A stretch of 64,000 bases of DNA from an uncultured Actinomycetota bacterium (GTDB taxonomy: Bacteria; Actinomycetota; Actinomycetes; JAHEKZ01). This document shows, piece by piece, positions 29,743-37,874 of the stretch. The stretch's first letter is position 1; each line of letters opens with the position of its first letter. Position numbers and translations under genes: made by a program. Below the pieces are notes generated by a model. The model saw only the letters and a list, made by a program, of their open reading frames with translations, made no database searches and was not told where the DNA came from. Location: positions 32,001 to 96,000 of the forward strand of contig CAWHIJ010000003.1 in NCBI GenBank assembly GCA_963829525.1. Direction: 5' to 3'.

Positions 29743-31527
29743 CTAGTCGGCCGTGCACTTCCTGGTGTCGGCATCCTGGCTGACGGGCTTGACCAGAGGG
29801 GTCACGAAGGTGGTGATGTCCCCGTCGGTGGCTGGCTCAGCTACCTCGAACACCAGCGTCGTCGACGCACCGGCAGCAAGCTCGATTCCGGTCCGAAAAA
29901 CGGTGTGCCCCTGCTCCCTCTGCTGCTCGACGGCGAGCGGCTTACCGTCCTGCACGGCGCTGACCAGGGACGATCCCGCTGTGGCGTACACCTGCGAGTA
30001 GAAGAAGTGGTCGCCGTTCCCGCTCAGCGCTTGGCCGTTCGCGTCAAGCGGGCGGTCATTTCTGCCGGCGACGTAGAGCGGCAGGCTGCCGTCGCCTGGG
30101 GCGTTGTTCTTGTACGTCACCGTGATCTGCCCCCGGCGTCCCCCATCGGGGGTGCATCCGATGAGCTCGTACTTCAGCGACTGGTCGAGGTAGTAGTCCA
30201 GCTTGTTGCCGCCGCCGTTGATGGTGGCCAGGCCGGCGAACGGCGCCGCGTCCCCCGGCAGCGCCCCGCCCACCGGGGACGCCGCCAACTGCTTCTGCTC
30301 GTTCACCCGATCGGAGTACACCAGCAGCCGGCGCTCCCCCGCTGCCTTGCCCAGGGCGGTGATCAGCGCTCGCGGATCCGCCTTGCCAGAGAAGACGGCA
30401 TCGAACGCGGCCTTCGCCACCGTCTGGAGGTAAGCGTCACGCTCCGCGTCGTCCTCGATGAGGAAGTAGATCTCGTTCTCGGTGAAAGACACGACGTTGT
30501 CGGCCGAGATCACCCGGCCATCAGGCAGCGTCACGGGGCCGGTCGCTTTCAGCAGGTACGACAACGTGACCGGGTCGGTAGTGATCGCACCGTCCAGACG
30601 CTCGCCGGTGCGGTCCTGCCACATCTTCAGCCAGAGCTGCGCGGCATATGGATAGTGCGGCGACATGTTGGCGCCCGCCCACGATGCTGGATCGTCCCCA
30701 TACAGGGCCGCGTAGTCGGGGCCGAAGTCGAGCGGCAGCTTGTCGTACGTCTGGTCGTAGAGCTTCGAGCTCGGTGCCAGCTGGCGGATGTTGACGCGTC
30801 CTTCATCGGCGGTGACGACACCAAATGAGCCGAAGAATCCACCAGTTCCGCGCGCCTCGTTGTTCGACTGCAGCGCCAAGAAGTAGTCCCGTTCTCCGTT
30901 CGCGCCAAGCATGGGCGGGATCAGCTCGGCGCCGCGAGCGGCCGACTGCGTATCGGCCAGCGCGGCGTCCAACTGGGACTGCAGACTGCTCACGGCGTCC
31001 TGCACCTGGGTGGGGGTGCCATCGGTCTCGATGCCGGCGACGTCAGCGGTGATCGTCCCCAGGGACGCCTCGGCTGACTCCAGCGCTGGCGCGGCCTGCT
31101 CGAACGCCGCGAGGTTGAGCTGCTTGCCATCGGCGCGCAACGCGTCAGGGCTGAGGGCGATACCGGCCTCGACCAGATCCGGAAGAGCTTGCTGCGCCAG
31201 GGCGTCGGCTGCGTCGGCGACGTGGCTGACCGCTGCTGGAGTCGCCCCGATCACCGGGATGGCCGACGCGATGGCGAAGACCGGGTCACTGGTGGCGTCC
31301 ACCGCACGGACAGTGTCGCCCTGGACGACAGTCAGGTGCTGGGCCGCCTCGGCAGTCTGGCCGTCGACGAGGTCTTGGCGCACCAGCGTGACGCCGTCTC
31401 GTGCGCTGGCGAGCGCGTCAGCCGCCTGCTGCCCCTTGACGTAGATCCAGACGGCGCCCACCGCGAGCACGCCAACGACAACCAGCACGAGAAGCAGGAG
31501 TCGGGAGCGGCGCGTCACAAGTCCCAT
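29743..31527 (-). CDS. DUF4012 domain-containing protein
   Basis: N-terminal TM, PPMLGANGERDYFLALQSNNEARGTGG, NMSPHYP, NKLDYY. Confidence 0.88.
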   Translation of the reverse strand: MGLVTRRSRLLLLVLVVVGVLAVGAVWIYVKGQQAADALASARDGVTLVRQDLVDGQTAEAAQHLTVVQGDTVRAVDATSDPVFAIASAIPVIGATPAAVSHVADAADALAQQALPDLVEAGIALSPDALRADGKQLNLAAFEQAAPALESAEASLGTITADVAGIETDGTPTQVQDAVSSLQSQLDAALADTQSAARGAELIPPMLGANGERDYFLALQSNNEARGTGGFFGSFGVVTADEGRVNIRQLAPSSKLYDQTYDKLPLDFGPDYAALYGDDPASWAGANMSPHYPYAAQLWLKMWQDRTGERLDGAITTDPVTLSYLLKATGPVTLPDGRVISADNVVSFTENEIYFLIEDDAERDAYLQTVAKAAFDAVFSGKADPRALITALGKAAGERRLLVYSDRVNEQKQLAASPVGGALPGDAAPFAGLATINGGGNKLDYYLDQSLKYELIGCTPDGGRRGQITVTYKNNAPGDGSLPLYVAGRNDRPLDANGQALSGNGDHFFYSQVYATAGSSLVSAVQDGKPLAVEQQREQGHTVFRTGIELAAGASTTLVFEVAEPATDGDITTFVTPLVKPVSQDADTRKCTAD

Positions 31528-31622
31528 CGTCGCATCCGGCGAACCCTGCTTCGTACACCACCGCGGGGGTCGGCCCACAGGAGGACTTGGACCCTGACAG
31601 AGCTGGGCCAGCGCTGCACAGG

Positions 31623-32030
31623 CCGTTTCACGGCGTCGACGCGCGGCTGCGGAACGCGCTGCGCTCGCCGTTCACGGCGCCACGCGAGACTGCGGAACGT
31701 TATCCGCGCTCAGCGCGGTTTTCGCTCCGAAGTTGGACGCCGATCAACTGCCCAGGTGGTGGGGAGGTCTTGGGGTAACGTCCCCGTTGCACGACCACTG
31801 CGGAACGCGCTGCGTACGGCGTTCACGGCGTCCACGCGCGGCTGCGGAACGCGCTGCGCTCGCCGTTCACGGCGCCGACGCGAGACTGCGGAACGCGCTG
31901 CGCTCGCCGTTCACGGCGCCGACGCGAGACTGCGGAACGCGCTGCGCTCGCCGTTCACGGCGTCCACGCGCGACTGCGGAACGTTATCCGCGCTCAGCGC
32001 GGTTTTCGCTCCGAAGTTGGACGCCGATCA
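31623..32030. repeat. Composite intergenic array of 44-bp repeats with duplicated ~57-bp terminal unit
   Basis: CTGCGGAACG at 31647, 31690, 31798, 31842, 31886, 31930, 31974; tail CTGCGGAACGTTATCCGCGCTCAGCGCGGTTTTCGCTCCGAAGTTGGACGCCGATCA at 31690 and 31974. Confidence 0.92.
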
Positions 32031-32061
32031 GCTGCGCAGACCGATTCAATGCCGGGCGACG

Positions 32062-33087
32062 TCAGTGGTGTTGCGGCAACACTGTCTCGATGGTGACCGG
32101 TAGCGAGGCGACGGCCCCCTCAGCGGCAGCGGCATCGGCAGCAGCCCCCTCAGCGGCAGCGGCAGCGGCAGCGGCAGCAGCCACCCCGTCACCGGCCACA
32201 CCCGCCACCGGGCGGGGCACCGCGACCACCGGGGCGTCGTCCGGCACCTGGCGCTTGACCAGCCCCAGGGCCACCGGTCCCAGCTCGTAGTGCTGCACCA
32301 CGGTGCCGACGAACCCCACCGTCCGGCCACCGAACGCGAGCGCGTCACCGCGCTCAGGCAGCCGGTCATCGCTGCCGTCGAGGTGCAGACGCACCAGCCG
32401 CCGCGGAGGCTTACCGAGGTTGTGCACGCGCGCCACCGTCTCCTGTCCGCGGTAGCAGCCCTTCTCCAGGTGCACGGCGAGACCGATCCAGTTCACCTCG
32501 GCCGCGATCGTGCGGTGGTCGGTGTCGAACCCGAGCCGTGGGCGTCCCGCAGCAACGCGCAGCGCCTCGAACGCCCAAGTCCCGGCCGCCTTGCCGGCCA
32601 TCGATGCAATGTCCTCACGCGGAACGAACGCGTACGAGTCGCTACCGTCCATGCCGGATGCCCCCGGCCGCCAGACCACGCCAAGGTCGTCGCGCACACG
32701 CACCTCGACCTTGCTCCAGAAGACCATCTTCTGCAGGTAGTCCAGCAACACGTCGGCTGTGCCCGGCTCGATGTGCGCCAACACCCGCTCGCCATCGTCG
32801 ACGAGGTCGAGGTGGTGTTCGACGCGACCGTTGGCGTCGAGGATCAGCGCCTCCGTCCACTGGCCGGGTGGCAGCGCCGACACGTGCTGCGACGTCAGGG
32901 TGTGCAGCCACGACAGCCGGTCCTCACCAGCCACCTCGATCACGGGGCGGTGCGAGAGGTCGACGAACCCCTCACCGCGGTCGAGCATGCGCTGCTCACC
33001 GAGCGGGTCACCGTAGTGCCAGGGGACGCCGGCGTCGGGTGATCCCTCAGGTGGCGCTACCGCTGTCTGGGTTTGGGACACCATCAC
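32062..33087 (-). CDS. ygfZ: Folate-binding Fe-S maturation protein YgfZ/CAF17-like
   Basis: HYGDPLGEQR, KGCYRGQETVARVHNLG signature. Confidence 0.9.
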   Translation of the reverse strand: MMVSQTQTAVAPPEGSPDAGVPWHYGDPLGEQRMLDRGEGFVDLSHRPVIEVAGEDRLSWLHTLTSQHVSALPPGQWTEALILDANGRVEHHLDLVDDGERVLAHIEPGTADVLLDYLQKMVFWSKVEVRVRDDLGVVWRPGASGMDGSDSYAFVPREDIASMAGKAAGTWAFEALRVAAGRPRLGFDTDHRTIAAEVNWIGLAVHLEKGCYRGQETVARVHNLGKPPRRLVRLHLDGSDDRLPERGDALAFGGRTVGFVGTVVQHYELGPVALGLVKRQVPDDAPVVAVPRPVAGVAGDGVAAAAAAAAAAEGAAADAAAAEGAVASLPVTIETVLPQHH

Positions 33088-33578
33088 TCCTGCTCGTTTG
33101 CGGCGGGCTCACGGCGGACGCCTGGGACGGACTCGCCGGTGACGCCCGAGGCGGCGCCCACAGCTGCAGCGCAGCCCGCACACCTACCGTGCATCGCGAC
33201 ATGGGCCACATTCACCTCGAACCCGTTGAGGTCCCGCAAACTTCCCATCATCGGTTCCACCGCCTCCGAGGGCACCGCGAGGATGTCCCCGCAGTCGGTA
33301 CAGACCAGGTGGACGTGGTCACTCTCGTCGGCCGGGTGGTAGGTGGGAGCGCGGTGCCCAAGGTGGGTGTGCGTGACGAGTCCGACCTCCTCGAGCAGGT
33401 CGAGCGTTCGGTACACCGTCGACAGGTTGACCGACGGTGTGGTCTCTTGCACGGCGCCCGCGATCTCGTCCGGCGTCCCATGACCGAGGCGACGCACAGC
33501 GTCCAGAACCAGCTGTCGCTGCGGCGTCAGGCGGTAGCCGCGCGAACGCAGCTCGGCCTGCCAGTCGCCGGCGGTCAC
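33084..33578 (-). CDS. Fur family transcriptional regulator
   Basis: RLTPQR, STVYRTL, HVHLVCTDC, C-terminal CAGC; GTG start overlapping upstream stop. Confidence 0.92.
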   Translation of the reverse strand: MTAGDWQAELRSRGYRLTPQRQLVLDAVRRLGHGTPDEIAGAVQETTPSVNLSTVYRTLDLLEEVGLVTHTHLGHRAPTYHPADESDHVHLVCTDCGDILAVPSEAVEPMMGSLRDLNGFEVNVAHVAMHGRCAGCAAAVGAASGVTGESVPGVRREPAANEQE

Positions 33579-34078
33579 TCCGCTCGTTCCGCGCGCGCCA
33601 ACCGGGCCGACAGGTGCGGCTGCAGCGGCTCGCCCATCGCCGCCATGTCGAAGGCCCACATCAAGTCACCCTCTACGAGGCCGTAGAGGCGGTGGCCGGC
33701 GGTGTACTCCTTCGCCGTCGAAGTGCGCGCCACGAGGTCGGTGTGGAGCTCGATCCGCGGGCCGTCGACCTTGCCCTCCCATATCTCGGAGAACCCGGTG
33801 GGGTGCGACAGCAGCATCTCCAGTCGTCCATCGGGCTGCGGTCGCCAGAATCCGGTTTCGGTAGCGAGCGGACGAACACGTGCACCCTCGGCGTCCAGCA
33901 ACCAGCTACGTGAGCGGTAGATGAGGAACGGCTTGCCGTTCTGCTCGAAGCTGACCTCCTGCGCGAAGCGGAAGTCGTCGATCGTGGGGTAGCCCCCGAC
34001 GCCCTCGCCCGACCAGGTGCCCAGCAACCAAGCGACCGGTGCGCACGCCGGCGCGAGATCAGCCGGGATCTCGAACAC
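33575..34078 (-). CDS. FABP/nitrobindin (DUF1794) family protein
   Basis: WLLGTWSGEG.GGYPTI, ETGFWR, RLYG, PHLSARL. Confidence 0.92.
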   Translation of the reverse strand: MFEIPADLAPACAPVAWLLGTWSGEGVGGYPTIDDFRFAQEVSFEQNGKPFLIYRSRSWLLDAEGARVRPLATETGFWRPQPDGRLEMLLSHPTGFSEIWEGKVDGPRIELHTDLVARTSTAKEYTAGHRLYGLVEGDLMWAFDMAAMGEPLQPHLSARLARAERAE

Positions 34079-34087
34079 GGTCCGGGC

Positions 34088-34189
34088 CTAGCCCTGACCC
34101 TTGTAGAGCTTGTAGACGACGTAGAAGGAGAACCAGGCGATGAGGATCGACACGGCGACCAGCAGACCGGTGTACACGACTTCAAGCAT
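34088..34189 (-). CDS. Small (33 aa) single-TM protein, not in ORF track
   Basis: MLEVVYTGLLVAVSILIAWFSFYVVYKLYKGQG*; TAGGAT six nt upstream of ATG; 10 nt from nitrobindin start. Confidence 0.8.
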   Translation of the reverse strand: MLEVVYTGLLVAVSILIAWFSFYVVYKLYKGQG

Positions 34190-34302
34190 GGGACCATCCT
34201 ACGGGGCGCAGCGGCGAGTCGGCTCGACCAGGACGGCCAAAGTGGGGCAGGACGAGAACGGTGACGGCCCGACCAGGACAGCCAGGACGGAGCAGTGACG
34301 CG

Positions 34303-34977
34303 GTGAGCGAGCAGTTCGATCACGAGACCGAACAGATCCTCGGTGTCGACAGCCGGAGCGCGGGCATCGATGACAGCTCCGATGACAGCCGCAACGCGAG
34401 CTCCGGCGTCGGCTCAGGTGACACCTCCAGCGTCGGCTCAGGTGACACCTCCAGCGTCGGCTCAGGTGACACCTCCGGCGTCGACCACGCAGCCCTGCGC
34501 GAGGCCGAGCACCAAGCCCACAAAGTCGCCGGCGCCATATACGGCACGATCCTGGCAACCACCGTGGTGGCCGCTATCGGGCCAGGGCCAGAAGAGCTGA
34601 GCCGATCACTCGCTGTCGTCCTCGTCACCTCTGCGGTCTTCTATGCGGCGCACGTCTACTCAGTAGCGGTCGGCGCGCGCATGGTGGCGCGACGTCATCT
34701 CACCGGCTCCGAGGTAGCCGGCATCGCTGCTGCTGAGTGGCCCATGCTGCAGTCGTCATGGCCCGTGGCGGTGCCGCTGCTCCTTGGCAAGCTTGGCTGG
34801 ATCCCTGCAGAAGCGGCCACCGACGTCGCCATGGTGGTCGGGATCGGTGCGCTCTTCGTCTATGGAGTACTGCTGGGTGTCCGCGAAGGACGCGGCTGGC
34901 TGAGCGTCGTCGTCAACGCGCTCGTCGTCGGCTCGTTTGGCGTCCTGATCCTGCTGCTGAAGATCGTTGTCCACTGA
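34303..34977 (+). CDS. Membrane protein (VIT/CCC1-like fragment family), start uncertain
   Basis: AIYGTIL, YAAHVYS, about 5 TM. Confidence 0.7.
   Translation: MSEQFDHETEQILGVDSRSAGIDDSSDDSRNASSGVGSGDTSSVGSGDTSSVGSGDTSGVDHAALREAEHQAHKVAGAIYGTILATTVVAAIGPGPEELSRSLAVVLVTSAVFYAAHVYSVAVGARMVARRHLTGSEVAGIAAAEWPMLQSSWPVAVPLLLGKLGWIPAEAATDVAMVVGIGALFVYGVLLGVREGRGWLSVVVNALVVGSFGVLILLLKIVVH
34401..34483 (+). repeat. 3.5 x 24-bp in-frame tandem repeat (SSVGSGDT)
   Basis: CTCC(G/A)GCGTCGGCTCAGGTGACAC at 34401, 34425, 34449, partial 34473. Confidence 0.9.
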
Positions 34978-35060
34978 GCCATCCAGGACCGCCGCGTCCC
35001 GCCCGCCGCGCATGCCCAACGAGCATCACCCAGGGAGCCACTTCTACTAGCCGAATGTCG

Positions 35061-35828
35061 CTACCTGCGTCGAAGCTCGGCGTGCCGCACCAAGACGTCG
35101 GCGACCTGACTTCGGTACTCCGGTGTGGTCGACGGCGGCAGCTCGACGGTGACTGCGGTCTGCTTGGGAAACTCCCGATTGAACCAGGACGTCATGGTTC
35201 CGCCGCCGGTCACCTGGATGTTCGAAACCGGCAAGTCAAGGTTGCGCGCGAGCCACCGTGTCACCTCCACGTCCCCTCCAGAGGTGTCGACGGAGGAGAG
35301 CGGCTGGTGGATCGAGATGACCGTCTGAGGCCTGACCCGGCTGAAGAACCGCACCATCGCGCGCGTCTCGGGCTCACTGGCTGGTCTTGGTCCCGAGTAG
35401 TAACGCGTCCCCTCACCGTGGCGTACCCACGTGCGGCTGGGAAAGTTGCGGTTGAGGTCGACCGATCTCGCGTTCACGCGCGTTCGACGAATGCGGCCGT
35501 CTGGGTTCATCGTTGGTACGAGCCACAACGCGACATCAGGAATCGGATCGGTCGTGAGCAACCGGTTCAGCACCACCAGCGGGCCAGCAGGCTCGTCGCC
35601 GTGCATCTGACCCATGACGACATAGCGGTTACGCGCCTGCCTGTCGCCGATCAAGAACGCCCGGATCGGACGTCCCGCCGTCGAGTGACCGACGACCTTC
35701 TTGATGGGTCCGTCGACTGCGCTGGCTGTCCCGGGGAGCAGCAGCCCACCTAACGCTCCCGCGGACGCGACGGCAGCACCGGCTACGCCTGCGCGCGCGA
35801 GAAAGGTGCGCCGGTCCATGGGTTCCAT
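35061..35828 (-). CDS. Tat-exported M14 zinc carboxypeptidase (MpaA/DUF2817-like)
   Basis: DRRTFL Tat signal; HGDE, NPDG, NARSVDLNRNF, SEPETR, SIHQ, TVEL. Confidence 0.88.
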   Translation of the reverse strand: MEPMDRRTFLARAGVAGAAVASAGALGGLLLPGTASAVDGPIKKVVGHSTAGRPIRAFLIGDRQARNRYVVMGQMHGDEPAGPLVVLNRLLTTDPIPDVALWLVPTMNPDGRIRRTRVNARSVDLNRNFPSRTWVRHGEGTRYYSGPRPASEPETRAMVRFFSRVRPQTVISIHQPLSSVDTSGGDVEVTRWLARNLDLPVSNIQVTGGGTMTSWFNREFPKQTAVTVELPPSTTPEYRSQVADVLVRHAELRRR

Positions 35829-35984
35829 GGGTTGCAGTATCGGCACGAACCGTCGTGGACTGTCGAACCGGCGTAGCGATGGTTTCGTGGCCTCCACTGC
35901 CGTCGCCGCTGCCGTCGTCTACCAGCGCCATGGTGCTCGGTCGCTCGGGACGGGCCATGTGGCGGATTCCCTGCGGTGGCAGGT

Positions 35985-36093
35985 AGCAGCGTCCGACCCC
36001 GGGCGGAGTAGCGTCCGACCCCGGGCGGAGCAGCGTCCGACCCCGGGCGGAGCAGCGTCCGACCCCGGGCGGAGCAGCGTCCGACCCCGGGCG
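35985..36093 (+). repeat. 5 x 22-bp tandem repeat
   Basis: AGCGTCCGACCCCGGGCGGAG(C/T), GTCCG at 35991, 36013, 36035, 36057, 36079. Confidence 0.95.
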
Positions 36094-36197
36094 CGTGGAT
36101 GCCGCACGTCGAGGACGCCGTTCCACCACTTGCGCGCTGACCGTCCAGAACCGCTGGGATTCGGCCCCCACCCACAGACCCGCCCGCGAAGACCGGC

Positions 36198-36271
36198 GGG
36201 AATCCTCCACTGGCGGATTTCCTGCGTTCCAGAGCCGGGCAGAGGCCGAAAACCGCAGGGAACCCGCCACT
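36198..36271. repeat. REP-like inverted-repeat doublet upstream of AbiEi-like gene
   Basis: CTGGCGGATTTCCTGCG (36210-36226) ... CGCAGGGAACCCGCCA; another unit at 35960-35976. Confidence 0.8.
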
Positions 36272-36277
36272 CGAGAA

Positions 36278-36309
36278 TTGTCCACAGCATCGGCCGAGAA
36301 TTGTTCACA
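36278..36309 (+). promoter_or_regulatory. Two DnaA-box-like motifs
   Basis: TTGTCCACA at 36278, TTGTTCACA at 36301, both in the context GAGAATTGTYCACAGCATCGGC. Confidence 0.5.
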
Positions 36310-36385
36310 GCATCGGCGGACGCAGGGAGTCCCCAGATCGGTTGCCGCGTGCCCGCACCCTGCCGGACGCCGCGACCCTTCGTTC

Positions 36386-37492
36386 ATGCCCCGTCCGCTC
36401 CCCGCCCCAGTGCTCGCCGCCATCGCGGCACGACACGGAGTGATCACGCGCCAACACCTGCTGAGCCTCGGAGCCAGCGAGAGGAACATCGGCACCTGGG
36501 TGCGACGCGGCCAACTGCGACGACTGTCCGTCGGATGCTTCGTGGAGTCCGCCCAGTGGGAACGCGCGGCACCCACCTTGCGGCACACCATGCACGTCTA
36601 CGGAATCCAACTGAACTGTCCCGACGTCGTGGCCCGATGTGCGACGTCAGCCGTTACCTGGCGGTTGCCGGTCCGCAGCATCCCCGACCGGCCACAGGTG
36701 GTCCGCGCCCCGAACCGTGCACACCTGACCAGCGCGTCCGTGCAACGGCGGCACCTAGATCCCGGCCACGCCGTCACCCGACGTGGGCTCACGACGTTGA
36801 CACTGGCGCACACCGTGGTCGACGTCGCCGCTGTCGCCTCCCTTCCTGATGCGCTGATCACCGTGGACGCGGCACTCCGTGGTGGCCTCCGGCTCACCGA
36901 CCTCGACGCTGCGCTCCGCTCGCGAGGCACCTTCACCGGCTGCAGCAACGCCGCAGCCGCCATCGATGCCGGCGATCCGGCGTCGGAGTCCCCTCTCGAG
37001 TCGCTCTCCCGAGGACGCGTCATCGAGCGCCGGCTTCCACTTCCCTTGTGCAACATCGTGATCAAGCACCAGGGGAGGGAAGCGCGCGTCGACAAGCTGT
37101 GGGCCGAGGACGGTGTCGTCGGCGAGGCCGACGGCAAGTCCAAGTACTCCGAGGACGACGCCCCCACGGTGATCTGGAAAGAGAAGCGCCGACACGAGTG
37201 GCTGGAAGAGTTGGGTTTCGCTGTCCCCCGCTGGGGAATGCCCGAGGTCGGCGACGACGGCGCTGCCCTCGAGCGCCGCTACCGGAAGGCGGCGGCTACG
37301 CAGCGGGCGGTGGGATTCCGGTGGCCCGATGCGGTGACCATGGAGGTGCCACGGCTACCTGGCGTCGAGCTGCCAGCCCGCGTGCTGGCTGAGGTGAAGC
37401 GCCTGGCGGCGTCCGGCTACCCGATCGGCATCGTGGACGCGCGCCGGCGTCCTGGCGGATTTCCTGCGCTTTGGACGCCGGTGAGCGCCTGA
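36386..37492 (+). CDS. AbiEi-type N-terminal HTH + DUF559/Vsr-like nuclease-domain protein
   Basis: ARHGVITRQHL..G....I...VRRGQL.R; TVVDVA, SESPLESLSR, RVDKLW..VVGEADGKSKY, EKRRHEWL. Confidence 0.85.
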   Translation: MPRPLPAPVLAAIAARHGVITRQHLLSLGASERNIGTWVRRGQLRRLSVGCFVESAQWERAAPTLRHTMHVYGIQLNCPDVVARCATSAVTWRLPVRSIPDRPQVVRAPNRAHLTSASVQRRHLDPGHAVTRRGLTTLTLAHTVVDVAAVASLPDALITVDAALRGGLRLTDLDAALRSRGTFTGCSNAAAAIDAGDPASESPLESLSRGRVIERRLPLPLCNIVIKHQGREARVDKLWAEDGVVGEADGKSKYSEDDAPTVIWKEKRRHEWLEELGFAVPRWGMPEVGDDGAALERRYRKAAATQRAVGFRWPDAVTMEVPRLPGVELPARVLAEVKRLAASGYPIGIVDARRRPGGFPALWTPVSA

Positions 37493-37529
37493 AACCGCAA
37501 GGAATCCCCCACTGGCGGATTCCTTGCGG
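37452..37529. repeat. Same REP-like family downstream of (and overlapping) the AbiEi-like gene 3' end
   Basis: CTGGCGGATTTCCTGCG identical to 36210; hairpin CCGCAAGGAATCC-CCCACTGGC-GGATTCCTTGCGG. Confidence 0.85.
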
Positions 37530-37569
37530 CCAGACCCAATGGACCACGACCGATGGCCGCCCGTGTGCG

Positions 37570-37863
37570 TCAGACGGTGATCGCGAGGTCGGCGACCTCG
37601 CCAAGCTCAGCATGCACCGCACGGTCGACCGACGTCCCTGGCGCGAGCACCCGCACCGTCCAGGCGCCGGGAGCCGCGAAGAAGCGGAACTGACCCGTTG
37701 CCGACGTCGGCACCTCGGCGGTGAACTCGCCGCTGCCGTCGAGCAGCCGGACGTACGCCGGCGACACCGGTTCACCGCCACGCGAGACGACGCCCTGGAT
37801 CACCGCCTCCTTGGTGGCGTCAACGCCGGTGATGTCTGGTCCTCCTGCGATGGCTCCGCACAT
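37570..37863 (-). CDS. DUF1416 (SseC-like) protein
   Basis: MCGA.., AYVRLLDGSGEFTAEVPTSATGQFRFFAAPGAWTVR. Confidence 0.9.
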   Translation of the reverse strand: MCGAIAGGPDITGVDATKEAVIQGVVSRGGEPVSPAYVRLLDGSGEFTAEVPTSATGQFRFFAAPGAWTVRVLAPGTSVDRAVHAELGEVADLAITV

Positions 37864-37874
37864 GTGACTCCCCC

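Noticed and set aside
27778-36093. CRISPR array (32-, 44- and 22-bp repeats)
   Set aside because: Units are directly adjacent with no unique spacers, and there are no cas genes in the window.
27888-36309. Replication origin
   Set aside because: Only 1-2 DnaA-like boxes per site, no AT-rich unwinding region and no dnaA/dnaN.
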